This document shows, piece by piece, positions 26,411 through 40,452 of a stretch of DNA of 64,000 nt. The first letter of the stretch is position 1. Every line of letters begins with the position of its first letter. A model generated the notes under the pieces. It was not told where the DNA came from and ran no database searches. It saw only the letters and a list, made by a program, of their open reading frames with translations. This DNA comes from Eledone cirrhosa (lineage: Eukaryota). Position numbers and translations under genes: made by a program. The stretch is from NCBI GenBank assembly GCA_964016885.1, contig OZ024741.1, forward strand, positions 184,326,001 through 184,390,000, in the 5' to 3' direction.

Positions 26411-28324
26411 AAAGCCTTGGTTACCATATCATGTGCCAAGGTTAAGTCAACTTTCCCAAACGCATTCTTGTGGAAACATAAAACCACAGGAAGACCCACT
26501 AAAGATGGAGCCCATGTACAGTTTTTGGCTTGCTAGAGATAGCAGATAAATATTCCTCAAATCTCTCATTACTGACTACAAAATGACAGCATATTCGATA
26601 AAGTCTTTCTAGATTATGGTTTCAAAGTTCATAAAATATATGTTAGTTTCGGCTTATTGAATTTTATTTTTCTCATTCACTATATTCATAAAGCAAGACT
26701 CTTTTTGTAGTTATAACTGTCATGCTCAGCGCTCCATCCAGGCATTTCCATCTCTAACCATTATTGACAGTCATAGATCAGCGCATAATTTCCTCTCTCT
26801 TCTCTACATATTTAGTTGCATTTTGTGTCTATTCAATTTGCTAAAGAAATCAAATAATAGCGGAACATGTCTGTTGCTTTCATTAAGTTGTCTTGTAGAA
26901 AAGGTACACTGCAGCTACTTGCATTAAGCAAGGCTATTGGAGTTGTTTCTCCCTTGATTAGTTGTCATCACATGAACATCTCTGGCAGACCGATTTTCTG
27001 AGCTGAGGGACATCCGACTAGGAAACGATACCCCTAATATATGCCATAGGGTAGCCAATCTATTCCCCTCCATTATCACATGTCAGTTCTCTCATACATA
27101 GCAGTTTCAAAGACAAGATTCAACATATACCCAACACCTCTCCACAAAGTAGATCAAGGAACAGTCAAAAAGTGATCTGGTCACAAGAATACTGTAGGTA
27201 ACTGATCTGAATTACAAGCTCATCCTTATTAAACGACAAGACTAATGTTGATAAGAAATTCATAGACTTAGCAGATAAGATATAGAAAGATCTTTAGCAG
27301 GTGTTCGTTTAAAAAAAACAGTCACTCATATGCACCTTGCACAGAGTCAAAATACTATGCGTAAGCTCAACGAGAAAACAGGATGTTTATGCAGGAGAAA
27401 GGATGAATCCTAGCGGGATCAGGCTTGTAGCATAAAGTTTATTGAGTAGGGAGCAGTAAGTTACACCTGAGAAAAGCAGTCAGATACTAGGCGAAAAGGA
27501 TAAGTGGATCTGGTGGACGATAAATTTAAACAAAGATTCTTTTTGTAAGTTTTGACTTTGAGACACCATAAAATGAAACCATGATCAACTGGGACAAATA
27601 AAAAAAATAGAGGTATACCCTACAAAATAAAATGGGAAAGCCGCCAAATGCATATCAATGGATTGAAGAAGTGCGAGATTTGTACCAGCGAAAAGATCAA
27701 AATGTTTCTGAAACTAACGAATACCTCAACTCTTAGAGTGACACTTTCAGGAATTGCCTATATTAAAAGGAATACTTGCTCTATTTCTGCAAATATAACT
27801 CCTACCCAGCCAGATCTACAGCCAGCGCAACAAAATGCGTAAAATTCACTTCAGTAAAACTTTTACATTATCTCGGTCCCTAGCACTTTATTATATATTA
27901 CAACCTTCGGATTCACGAATGTTTCCTTTTGCCATTTTTAACATAACATCCACTCGCAGATTACGAACCAATCCGTATTACACGCACCTCTATATTATGG
28001 CCGATTTATTTAACTTACTATTAGGCTAACTGGTATTCTCTGACCATCAATGTATCTTCTTTTATTTGTACTTTTCTGTTGCTTTTCTTTTCTCCTTTCT
28101 GTCTTCCTTTGTCCTTCCACCCACTCAATGGACCACATTCCTAAATATTACTTAAGCAAATATTTGTATACCTGAGTTACCTACGTTTATCTGCTTTTCA
28201 CTTCTTTCAATTTTATTCACCTAGTTCCATCAGATATCATTCAGACATTTGTTAACACGCTGCCCTGAAGATGTTACCAACGATCATCACTTGCATTTCT
28301 GTGAGTTACTGTAGCTTACGAAAC

Positions 28325-28478
28325 TATTATCTGCTGGAAGAGGAAGACCGAAGTTAAAATATGTTGATGCCCTAAGGACAGACACTGGTATGTTGGAGAC
28401 GCAAGACATGACAGCGATAATGAGGGACAGAGACCGATTGAGAGAACTCGTCCATGGATCTCGGGTATTTTACTCGCT

Positions 28479-28480
<2 letters not shown>
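28325..28480 (+). pseudogene. RTE LINE 3' end
   Basis: RGRPKLKYVDALRTDTGMLETQDMTAIMRDRDRLRELV, a typical RTE ORF terminus, followed by (TA)n. Confidence 0.75.
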
Positions 28481-28516
<36 letters not shown>

Positions 28517-28857
28517 GATTTTAATAGCCTCTGTGATTTTCGTTCAACAAATTTATTTACATTATTCTTAATCTCCAGAACTGAGAATCATTCGGTTTCC
28601 TAAATAGAATATTAGTCTTATGATTCCATTTATACCATAAACGTGGCTTTGGTTTTTTGTCTGTGCGTGAAATTGCTCTCATCGCTTCACACAATGACGT
28701 AATTATCTTCGCTTTTTTTTCAGTTCATTACAGTGATTTTTTGCTTAAACTTTAATCTATTTTGATAAATATTTGCTCTACGATTTTTTATATTCTTATA
28801 TATATTATCCTTATCGAGCCCTCTTCGGATTTTAGTCTTCACATTTATTATCATTAC

Positions 28858-29992
28858 TATATATATATATATATGTAAAACTGTAGTTGTCTGTGTGTGT
28901 ATGTGCCCTCATTTTTGCAAAGTCTATACAAATCCACATTTCTACTCCGATTGACTTCAAACTTGCATTTATATATTCCTTGCGGTCTAAAGATATTAAC
29001 TGCAGCTTTTATTTTTCAATTTTCTGTTGTTAAAGGGGTTATAATATCTGTCTGTATGTCCCCGGCTGTCTGCATTACGGCATTATGACAAACATTGATG
29101 ACGTATTATGTTCGCTATTTTCCGTTCATTGCCAGGGAATGTCTTCACGAACCAAAGTATCGTCTTCCTGTTTTCCTTCGGTTGCAACGTTTTACGAAAT
29201 ATTTACTTCTGCGTTCACAGACTGATTTTTTTAGTTTCAGAAGATCCCGTTAAGGGTAAAAGCAGCGATTCTTTGCTTAAACTTTAATCTGTTATTTTAA
29301 TATATAATATAAGCGAGGCAAGCCAGCCCAGTTGCCATTTCTTGGCAATAAACATTAACCCTTTGTGCGCCATTCATCTAACTGTAGACCAACAAATACC
29401 AACTAAACAGAGCGTTGACAAGAACGATGGCGAATGAATCTTCGAGGTAAGCAGTTTCCTCCCGAGCTGTTAGTTCACGCGGGATACTCTGCTACACCTT
29501 TCCGAACAACGTACTGCTGGTCACTCCTTCCTCCAAAAGCCGTACAAAGCGAACATGCGCATCGGGCAGATGGATCAAGTGCAAATCTACACCAGGCCTA
29601 CGCGAGACATTCGCAAGGGACTGCACCGACAGAGATAGAGAAAAAGAGTAACGTGAAAAGAGTGCGAATGAACTTTTGAGATAAGTAGCCTACGCCTTAC
29701 TGCTATGACACTGGAACCTTCTGCCAACTTAACTTGTGACTTTCACTTTCACATTTACTCAAATAGGCCAAAACAGAGGAGTATGAAACGAAGGGGCTCA
29801 ACAATATGTATATGAACAATGCACGTAGAAAGCTAAACTGTACTTTCAACTTCTTAATTTTCTCCAAATAAAAACAAGTTTCCTATCGGTATATTTTTGT
29901 GGGTTTTTAACAGGCACTCACAAATAAACGTTTCTCATTGGAGGTGCTATTACCAATGCTCTTACCCGTACAACGCCAGGATACACTGCTAG
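28858..29992 (+). mobile_element. Non-autonomous Helitron with nested repeat (29098-29300)
   Basis: 5' (TA)n-AAACTGTAGTTGTCTGT as in the other Helitrons; 3' CCCGTACAACGCCAGG...CTAG|T. Confidence 0.7.
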
Positions 29993-30198
29993 TATATATA
30001 TATATATGGGATAACAAGTTATCGTTTTAGGTAATCCAGTTAGAGGTTGTGAGTACACTGTACTATGGATAGTTTTAACGTACGACGTTGTTTGTCTCAA
30101 CAAGAGGCTTCCCTGGTTAGGTAGCGAGTTTGCGAGAATTCCCATGCAGGTTATTCTTGGAGTAATAGTAGTGAACATATATATATATATATACAACA

Positions 30199-30334
<136 letters not shown>

Positions 30335-30414
30335 AAAAGGTAGACAGAAATACCAAAACAATGGATACATTATATGGAAGGGATATATTAGGTTAACGCT
30401 TGATATAGCAGGAA

Positions 30415-30449
30415 GTTGGTCTTAACGTTTCGGACGTTAGTCCTTCATC

Positions 30450-30450
<1 letters not shown>
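30415..30450 (-). ncRNA. Minimal hammerhead truncated at C3
   Basis: TGATGA aggac taac gtcc GAAA cg TT aagacc; the element begins at the core, next to (TA)n. Confidence 0.7.
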
Positions 30451-30494
<44 letters not shown>

Positions 30495-30625
30495 TACAAG
30501 TCGGCAGAGTCACACATTTCTCTATCTCATAATCATGAAACTTGTGAAACCGGTAAAGTTATAATTTATTGTAAATAAACTTCTTAAAGGCTCCAATTGC
30601 ATTTACATCTTTTTTCTTATGTATG

Positions 30626-30706
<81 letters not shown>

Positions 30707-30834
30707 AAAGTTATATTTAAATTGTTGGGTTACAACTAGTAAATATTTATAACTGATATAAAAGCACTCGACAAGTATTTGGAGTATATTTACAATATTA
30801 AATAAATGGAAACTATATTTATAAAACCATATTT

Positions 30835-30898
30835 ATTTCATTATATATATTTCAGGGATATCATATTAACAATATGCTATGCCTTCCTCAGACAAAAT
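30835..30898 (-). ncRNA. Hammerhead ribozyme (left arm)
   Basis: Reverse complement of 33020-33083. Confidence 0.8.
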
Positions 30899-33019
30899 AC
30901 AATATAAACAGTTTTATAGATAAATAGATTTGACATACCGTAACAGCATCGACTTGTATTTGAAAAGTTGAATTGGCAGTGAAAAAATTGTACACAGAGA
31001 GAAAGAAAGAGAGAAAAGGAAAGAAAGACAGAAAACGAAGAAAAAGAAGAAAAAAAGAAGAAATGCTTGGAACAAAATAGAGAGATGGAAAGATAGATAA
31101 AGAGAAGAACTTCATGTAAAGAAACAGAGAGAGATATATATATATAGAGAGAGAGGAAATAGAGATAGATATATATATATAGAAAACTAGGTAGTGGGAC
31201 GTCCGTTGAGTAAACGTATCAATGATACATTTATTTATTTATTTATTTATTTATTTAGCTCTAGTATTAATGTAAGGGAGATATATGTGGTTAGGAAAGA
31301 AACCAGCTGTTATATAGAGAGAAAAATTAAAAATAACCAGACATAGGCGAGGCATAAAACCCTATGTTTTAATGTAGAGGTATTAGTATGTATAAAAACC
31401 AGCCACTATATTGTAAATATTAGTATTCACAGATCCAAGCAAAAAATCTTCAACGGCACTATCAGGCGTACTCTGGCAACTTAAGCTAGATAACGTTAGA
31501 TATTTGACGGCTTGGAATATAGTCTCAAGCGGGATTCCTTTTAATTCATCCTCTGAGACATGTGACCTCTGCGCAGAGGAGATATTCTTTATACTAAAAT
31601 CTAAAAATTCCCTTAATCTACGGACAAATTTATTCAGTTGCTGCAAACATAGATTAAACTCAACGTTTAAATATAAATTTAAATTTAAAATGTAATATAT
31701 TTAGTTTGATTTATAATTATATGGGAAACTAGCCGATAAATCTTTGATTTCTTCTTTTTATTCTTTTTATTTTTTTTTTTTATTTTTATTTTTATTTTTA
31801 TTTAAACATTCTTCATGAAAAATTAAGCTACCCTAAAAGTTGATGCTCCAAATATTTCGAATAAACGTTACACTAGATAAACTTCTATATTAAATATAAG
31901 AACACATGTAGACCAAATGGGCATCCTAAACTTTTTGAAATGATCTTTGCTAGATGCGATTTGATAAATAATTTTTGGCTTTATCTGTTTTTCGACTCTG
32001 ATGCTTATAATGAACTTGGCAATATATTGTCAATTAATTTTGAAGGGTTGATCTTTGTGGTTTATTTTTATTATTGTAGTATTTTCTAATATTTTTATTT
32101 TTAATATTTTTAATATGTAATATTTTTAATATGTAATATTCTTTCGTAATATTTTTTAATTATTATTATTATTGTTATTTTTTGGTTTTGTTTCTGATAT
32201 ATATTTTTATTAGTATATTGAAATCTGCTCTCTATTTCTGCTTGATAGATAATCTTGTAGAGTAAAGACAGGAATAGTAGTAATATTGACTCTATATATA
32301 TTTGTGTGTATATATATACACATATATGTATACTTAAATTTTTATAGCACAATGAGAATGTTTTCCGTGAACTTAGGGTTTGCAGAGTTGATCATGTAAA
32401 TTCACATAGATGTTATCACATATACATATGAATTTTTTAAAAAAACTAAACATAAGATCATTACTTTTCACACATTATGGATACATGTCTCATTCAGGAA
32501 TACTAATATTTACAATATAGTGGCTGGTTTTTATACATACTAATACCTCTACATTAAAACATAGGGTTTTATGCCTCGCCTATGTCTGGTTATTTTTAAT
32601 TTTTCTCTCTATATAACAGCTGGTTTCTTTCCTAACCACATATATCTCCCTTACATTAATACTAGAGCTAAATAAATAAATAAATAAATAAATGTATCAT
32701 TGATACGTTTACTCAACGGACGTCCCACTACCTAGTTTTCTATATATATATATCTATCTCTATTTCCTCTCTCTCTATATATATCTCTCTCTGTTTCTTT
32801 ACATGAAGTTCTTCTCTTTATCTATCTTTCCATCTCTCTATTTTGTTCCATGCATTTCTTCTTTTTTTCTTCTTTTTCTTCGTTTTCTGTCTTTCTTTCC
32901 TTTTCTCTCTTTCTTTCTCTCTGTGTACAATTTTTTCACTGCCAATTCAACTTTTCAAATACAAGTCGATGTTGTTACGGTATGTCAAATCTATTTATCT
33001 ATAAAACTGTTTATATTGT

Positions 33020-33083
33020 ATTTTGTCTGAGGAAGGCATAGCATATTGTTAATATGATATCCCTGAAATATATATAATGAAAT
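33020..33083 (+). ncRNA. Hammerhead ribozyme (right arm), canonical core
   Basis: attttgt CTGAGGA aggcatagcatatt gtt aatatgatatccct GAAA tatata TA atgaaat. Confidence 0.85.
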
Positions 33084-33127
33084 AAATATGGTTTTATAAA
33101 TATAGTTTCCATTTATTTAATATTGTA

Positions 33128-33290
<163 letters not shown>

Positions 33291-33891
33291 ATAGATAGAT
33301 AGGATAGAGAAAAGGAAAGAACGAGAAAGAGAGTGAGAAAAATAGACAGATAGACATACAAACGATTTAGTGACACAGATCAAATAAAGAAATAAATCGA
33401 CCTCTTTCTTCTAACAACAACAGCAAGAAAAATGAAAAATAAAAATAAACCAATGATGGATGGAAGAAATACTAAAAAGTAAATCATAGAGAAATGCAAC
33501 ACTTTCTTTTCTAAATGCTAAAAGAAAGACAGCAAGGATTATTTTGTAATCTCTTTGACATTTATCTGCTGCTGCTGTCTTTTATTCAAATCTTTAGATT
33601 CCTCAGTATCTCTCTGTTGTTTAATACTCTGCATTGGTAAAGATTTCAGTTCTAGATTCCATAGAAATCTCTTAGATGTTTAAATGTGTGAGATAATGGC
33701 ATGAGTGGATGGATGGATTTTTGAAATGCTGAAATGTTGAAAAGTTGTGTTAATTCTGTGATAGCTTAGAATATCAATGTAAAGTGTATTCGTCTTTTGT
33801 GAGTGCATGTGTGTATGCATGTGTATATGCGCGCGTGTGTATATGTTTGTAAGAATTTTCCACACACATACATGCGCGCGCACACACACAG

Positions 33892-33924
<33 letters not shown>

Positions 33925-34397
33925 AATGTGTGTATGTGTGTGTGTGTGTGTTTATATTTGTGTGTGCGTGTCAGTGTGTGTGTCTGTCTCTTTGTGCGTG
34001 TATGTGTATCTATGTATACAGACAAATACACATTGGCATATATATGCCCTATATTATATCGCCGGAGGCTTAGTTTAATCATGTAAACAAACATAAAAAG
34101 ATGAAATATAAAGAAATAAAATACGCAGAGAAGGGTTCTTAAAGGATTAGCGTTTAATAGAAATATATAGAAATGGTAACTAGAAGAATTAATATGTTTT
34201 CAGATTTATTAAATAAAGTATTGAGTTTACATAAATGAGTATTGGAAAACTGTTTACTTCCATATTTGCATGGTAAAGGCACCATTAAGATATACCAAAC
34301 GATTACTGTTATATATATATATATATATATATATAAAGTAATTCCGTCGGAAAAGTGCAGGAAAAAAGAGTGCTCTATGTAGGTAACAGAGCTTAAT

Positions 34398-34647
34398 AGT
34401 TATGTAATAAACAACATAAGGCAATTATTCCATTTACCAGTGGTTTCTTAAAAGCAAAAAATGTTGCTTTCAATCATCAGAATGAAAAAATCCTGGTCTG
34501 TTTATTGAATTTGGATTTTAAAAAACAAAAATGCAATCTATATGAAAGTGAGGCTGGAGAAGGAAGAAGGAAAGGAAAAAATAAATAAATAAATAAAAAC
34601 ACACATGCAAACACACACACACACACAAATGCATACATACACACACA

Positions 34648-34694
<47 letters not shown>

Positions 34695-35860
34695 TTTTCC
34701 TTTCCTTCTTCCTTCTCCAGCCTCACTTTTATATAGACTAGCAGTAAAGCCCGGCGTTGCTCGGGGTCGCTCAGTAGCTGTGTTAAAGTTACAATGTTAA
34801 GTTTCTTTCTTGGCTTAAAATCTGTAGTGTCTACTGTGCAGACTTGCATGTGGTGTTTTTGATTAATATTCCCTCAACCAACAATATGCCTTATGAAGTT
34901 AAGAAAACATAACGATAACCCGAATGTTATAACAAAAGAGGATGCTGGGGATAGAAACTGCACTGGTTATTTATTAACAAAGATCGAAAATGTAAACACT
35001 GCAACGCAGAGAAAAACATTAGCGTAACCAAATTATCAGTTATGTCTGTCTGCACGCCTATATCACCTCTCTGCACGACTGTCTGTCTGCACGCCTATAT
35101 CACCTCTCTGCACGACTGTCTGTCTGCACGCCTATATCACCTCTCTGCACGACTGTCTGTCTGCACGCCTATATCACCTCTCTGCACGACTGTCTGTCTG
35201 CACGGGTATATCATCTCTCTGCACGACTGTCTGTCTGCACGACTGTCTGTCTGCACGCCTAACGACGAAATATTTGCTTGTTTTACGTAGTCTTTAAATA
35301 GACTTGTTTTCAAGTAAAAATATTGTTTTAAAATGCTTTTAAATGGAAATGAAGCAAAACGGAAGCTTAGTGTTCGAACTGATGAATTTTGCAGGTCAAT
35401 ATTTTGCTGGCTCGACAACTGTTCGTGTATTGTGTTAATGTCATTTTAAACGCTGAGAAAGCCAGCGTAATTTTTTACGTAAGACGCTCAATGTAAACAG
35501 AACAAAGGGAAATAACTGATAACTTACGCTCAAAAATCGATACATTATATTCGATTTCGTCACATAGGGTGGGTCAATTTGAAATATTTTTTTCCGATGT
35601 CTTCGCTAGGGCTCAATGTACAAGTATAGCAATTTCGGTGCAATTCCGTGAGAGATTCTAAGAGGAGATGTGTGCCAAAAATCGATAGACAGACAGACAA
35701 CCACAGTTTTATATATATAGATTGCATTTTTGTTTTTTTAAATCCAAATTCAATAAACAGACCAGGATTTTTTCATTCTGATGATTGAAAGCAACATTTT
35801 TTGCTTTTAAGAAACCACTGGTAAATGGAATAATTGCCTTATGTTGTTTATTACATAACT
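34398..35860. repeat. Inverted duplication (about 190-bp arms), right arm split by a Helitron
   Basis: 34398-34590 pairs with 34688-34737 plus 35722-35860. Confidence 0.85.
34738..35721 (-). mobile_element. Non-autonomous Helitron with internal 37-bp minisatellite (35045-35258)
   Basis: Minus strand TC...CCCGAGCAACGCCGGG...CTAG; A|T target confirmed by the empty site in the left palindrome arm. Confidence 0.92.
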
Positions 35861-35893
35861 ATATATATATATATATATATGTACTGGAACAAG

Positions 35894-35957
<64 letters not shown>

Positions 35958-35984
35958 TATATAACATGTTCCAATCATCTTAAA

Positions 35985-36417
35985 GGGGCCATGCAAGTGG
36001 TGCGAGGTGATCGTCGGCGAGCTATTTGCAATTGAGCTGGGCATGAACCGCGACAACGATTGGAAGAGTATCAATGTGGGCATGCGGAAGATCTGTGCGC
36101 ACATGGTGCTGAAGCTACTGAACGATGACTAAACTGAACCAAACTTTGTGGGGAGAATCATCACCCGTGATGAGTCATGAATCTTCTTTTTATAACCTAT
36201 TTTCCGGACGTGAGGCCATCTTGAGGCCCGTGGCGACGGAGCTACGGAGAATGGCGAAAGAAATCTTTCAGGAGTGCATGGAGATGTGGCGGTGAAGGAT
36301 GGGAAAGTGCGTTAGAATCGCGGGGTATTATTTCGAAGGGAAAAACTTATAATTCGTAGATTTAACTTGAAATATGTTTTTGCGACACCATTTCTGTTTC
36401 TTTTCTGACACCTCATA
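35985..36417 (+). mobile_element. Mariner transposase relic
   Basis: GMRKICAHMVLKLL...EPNFVGRIITRDES*IF, degenerate WVPxxL and TGDE motifs; TIR-like right end ending in TA. Confidence 0.8.
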
Positions 36418-37006
36418 TACAGTAGGACTTTGCAAATCGATACAATACGATAATGCATTGTGGCATTAAATATTTTTGACCCGGTCGCTCATAGACTTGT
36501 TCTTTAATAAGAGGGGTGAAGACTTAAATTAGAGCGAACTCAATACAATATGGCTGAGAAGCCACAATAGCCAAAATGAACATATAAGGGCAATTAAGAA
36601 ATTTAAGAAAATTTACATTAGAACATTAAACGTGTTACTTTTCATTCAGTCCGTGTAGTTTCGAATGTGCCAAAACTATAATCGCAATTATTGAAAATTG
36701 TTAATTTACAGTTACATGATATAATAATGGGATTTGGCAAGAATCTCATCAGCGGGAATTCGTTCATAAATGGAGAAAATTTGTTTTCCAGAGGTGAGCA
36801 AAGGCAACTGCTGGCCTTCACGTGTGTGCTCGGTGAAGATACTCCCGGTAATGATAGAGTAGTAGGACAAACGGTGCTGCCAACTTAAATGGCAGAAACA
36901 CAATAGAGTGGAATTATTTCTCTATCACAAAGCACTAAACCGATTCAATTCAATTAATGGAAGTAATATATATATATATATATAATACATTATAAAGAAA
37001 GAAGAA

Positions 37007-39543
37007 ACAGGACTGGTGTAATTCTTTAAAAGGTGTAATTCCTTAAAAGGTCTATTAAACTATGATAATTTCAGTGACCGGGTTCAGTATGAATCCGGTG
37101 ACATCATCAGGTATTCGAAATATAACAAAGGAATATAATAGACAAAATCCATGGGGCTCGAAATCAGAGACATGAGGGCGACCGAACATTTAGCAGCTTC
37201 TACCCCGGTGAAGTGTTGATTATCAAGTGGTGATTATTAATCCTACTTATGTCCATCTGGTGAAGGGGCGTAGGCTTATAGTGTACCACTACCAGCCCGT
37301 CAAAGACAGAGGCCAGTGTTGAGATCAGGTTACAATGAAGCTGGTCATGCGTTCTAGAAAGTGCCACGAAAAATATTTAATCAAAGAACATATGCGTATC
37401 GGCGTTTCCCTGAGGCTCGACCTCCGGATCTGCCAGCCACACCAATGTCGCTGCGGTTCCACCGTGGACTCTTTCGGCCTCCACTCGCTTTCCTGTCGCC
37501 ACAGTGCCGGCCGCATTCCATGCCATGCTGCCCTCAACGAGGTCATTAGGCGTGGCTTGGACGCTGCAGGCTTCCCTTCCCAGCTCGAGTCGGTGGGGCT
37601 GGATCGAGGGGACGGCAAAAGCCCAGATGACATGACCATCTTCCCGTTCCGCGGTGGAAAACCCCTCGTCTGGGACGCCACTTGCACCGACACTTTCTGC
37701 AGCCGCAACCTGGTGCAGCCTGCGACCGACCCAGGTTCTGCTACACGTCGAGCTGAGGGGGCCAAACTCGTCAAATACTGGTCGCTCTCCGACAGGTTTG
37801 CGGTCATACCCCTTGCGGTCGTACTCCTTACTCACCACCATAGGCGCTGAGTAGGTGTGAGTCCCGCGAGTTAAAGTGGCTCTTTCAGCTCGTCTCCCTC
37901 GCCGTCCCCCGGGGAAATCCCTTCTCCATTCTGTCCACCGGGGCTGTGGGTGGGCCCCATCGCGTACCGCTGTAGTTGTTGTAGAGGAAACGGGTTCCAC
38001 TTGTATATTGTATATACTTAATACCACCACTACACAACTATATATCGTAATATATAGTGGGCGTCTGCACGGTATATTGTATGGACAGAAATACGATTAA
38101 CAATTAGAAACGTTAAATTTATGTTTAGAGTTAGAAGATGCTATTTAAGATGAAATTAGAAAAAAAAAGGTTTAGGTTTAAAGTTGTGAGATTTAGTTAA
38201 AGAATTGACAGGAGGAGGCTTTTATGAAAACGTTTAAGTGTATTATAGATAGTCACGGTAGTTTCAGGGTAGAATCTAGAGTAAAGTTTAAGCCCATGTT
38301 TAGCGGTCAATAACCAGCGACTTTTCGGACCTCCGGCCAGCCCGGGGCCCAACAGCGTCTCAGCCGTTCCGAGTATTATCGTCTAGCGAAAGAAATGAAA
38401 ATTTATTTTTCCGAACACTCCAGGTATGTTAACTGTCTTAAGCGTCGGGTGTGTTAGCGGGAAGTCCGCCACCGTCGGTTGGCCATCGTATATACCAAAT
38501 TATTAATAGTTATTCACACTGGTGGGATTTAGTTGAGTTCTAGTAGAAGGAGGCATGATAAAGCTAAAAGTTATGATTAAGCCTAGAATTTAAAGGTAGT
38601 TTGGTGGTCAATAACCAGTGGCCCGGCAGGTTCCAAGTCTGACAGGGCCCCAGGGCGAAGCAGCCACTCCGAGTATTTTTGTTTACCGAAAGAAGGGGAA
38701 ATTTATTTTTCCAAGCATTCTAGGAAGGCTGATCGACCCAAGCGCCTGGCGTGCAGTCGGGAAAGCCGCCACATCCGTCGGATCATCGCGTGTACCAAAC
38801 TATTATTAGTTATCCACACCTGTGATGTGAAGTTGACAGTGGTAAAATCTGATGAAATGTGTCAATAGACTATATTTAGTCCCCAGTTAGTCCGGGTTAT
38901 ATGTAGTGTGATTCTTGGGTGGGTAGGGGGAATGAATAAAGATAAACAGATATAAGGGTACAGAGAGTAATATTCTAGGGTCGTGTGCTAATGTGTACAA
39001 GGATAAGTATATAATTAGTGTAAAGCGAGTAAATAAATACATAAATAAAACCATAAGTAAAATACATAAATAAAATGCAGTCAAACCTAGGGTGGTGATG
39101 TAGGGAGTAAAATGGAAGTATATAAGAACATATCGAAGAAGTCAAAATACAGAAGAAATAAAATACAGATCATGTGCAGTAAGTGGACAATATATAACAC
39201 GGTTGGAGAATACAGGGTTATACATATAGATATAGAGGATGGAAGAGTGGGAATGGTATCAGGTGACACCTAGTGTATGTTCGAGTCTTAATTTTCAATG
39301 TGAATCCCAAAGGCCCTGAGATATAGGATAGAGAATTCAGTCAATACAATACAGGTTGTAGAAGCTGCTAAATGTTCGGTCGCCCTCATGTCTCTGATTT
39401 TCAGCCCCATGGATTTTGACTATTATATTCCTTTGTTATTTTTCGAATACCTGATGATGTCACCGGATTCATACTGAAACAGGTCGTTGAAATGATCATG
39501 GCATAATAAACCTTTTAAGGAATTACACCAGTCCAGCTTCCTG

Positions 39544-39545
<2 letters not shown>
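37007..39545. mobile_element. Composite element bounded by about 190-bp inverted repeats, each with an HHR (37056-37116 -, 39446-39505 +)
   Basis: atac CTGATGA tgtcaccgg..ggtc.. GAAA tgatca T(A/G); arms diverged; (TA)n on both flanks. Confidence 0.75.
37390..37822 (+). pseudogene. CRE-like non-LTR retrotransposon C-terminus (CCHC knuckle and restriction-like endonuclease)
   Basis: CRCG..VD..GLHSLSC, HAALN, DGKSPD, LVWDATC.DT, AE.AK..KY motifs; GC-rich. Confidence 0.85.
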
Positions 39546-39581
<36 letters not shown>

Positions 39582-39608
39582 GATTATATATATATATATG
39601 TGGGATTC

Positions 39609-39648
<40 letters not shown>

Positions 39649-39787
39649 GAATCCCACAAAAATGTTTACACATTTTGATTACCTGTACAGGCAATATTTA
39701 TTAGAATACACAGCCTTTCCCTAAAATTAAACGATCTACAGACAATTCAATTCTATGCAAATACCCAAAAATGTTTACATAATTTAA

Positions 39788-40180
39788 ATAATTGTTTCTA
39801 CTTTTGGCACAAGGCCAGCAATTATCCAGTGTATTACTGGTACTTTATTTCATCGACCCCGTAAGGATGAAAGGCAAAGTTAACCTCGGCGGGATTTGAA
39901 CTCAGATCATAAAGGGACGTAACTCTATGCTTCAAAGCATGGTGTCCGACTCTCTACCGATACTGCCAATCCACCGCCCGTGGATACATAATTTAAATAA
40001 TTGTTTCTACTTTAGGCACAAGGCCAGCAATTACCCAGTGCATTACTGGTACTTTATTTTTATCGACCCCGTAAGGATGAAAGGCAAAGTAAACCTCGGC
40101 CGGATTTGAACTCAGATCGTAAAGGGCGTAACTATGCTGGAAAGCATGGCGTCCGACCGTCTACCGATACTGCCAATCCA
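39788..40180 (-). mobile_element. Two tandem young SINE copies
   Basis: 39788-39980 and 39996-40180; flank ACATAATTTAAATAA repeated. Confidence 0.9.
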
Positions 40181-40322
40181 CATATAAAACAGAATTTATT
40201 TTAATGCATTTTTTTTGCTGTTGAAATATGTATACATTTTAGGGGGGGGGGGGGGCACCCTGTGTGTGTATGCGTGTATATATACATATATATATATATA
40301 TATTTAAAAGTTGTACGTATAT

Positions 40323-40353
<31 letters not shown>

Positions 40354-40368
40354 TTTAAAAGTTGTACG

Positions 40369-40452
<84 letters not shown>

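Larger units (their letters stand above)
30791..33126 (+). mobile_element. PLE remnant with about 640-bp inverted terminal repeats
   Basis: Arms 30791-31429 and 32497-33126 are near-identical; internal WNIVSSGIPFNSSSETCDLCAEEIFFIL...LNLRTNLFSCCKHR (31510-31652) matches a PLE GIY-YIG C-terminus. Confidence 0.85.

Noticed and set aside
35045-35258. 37-bp repeat array resembling a CRISPR
   Set aside because: No unique spacers; it is a minisatellite inside a Helitron in eukaryotic DNA
36691-36903. Short complex ORFs on both strands and a lone minus-strand CTGATGA
   Set aside because: No recognisable domain, no convincing splice pair and no GAAA partner
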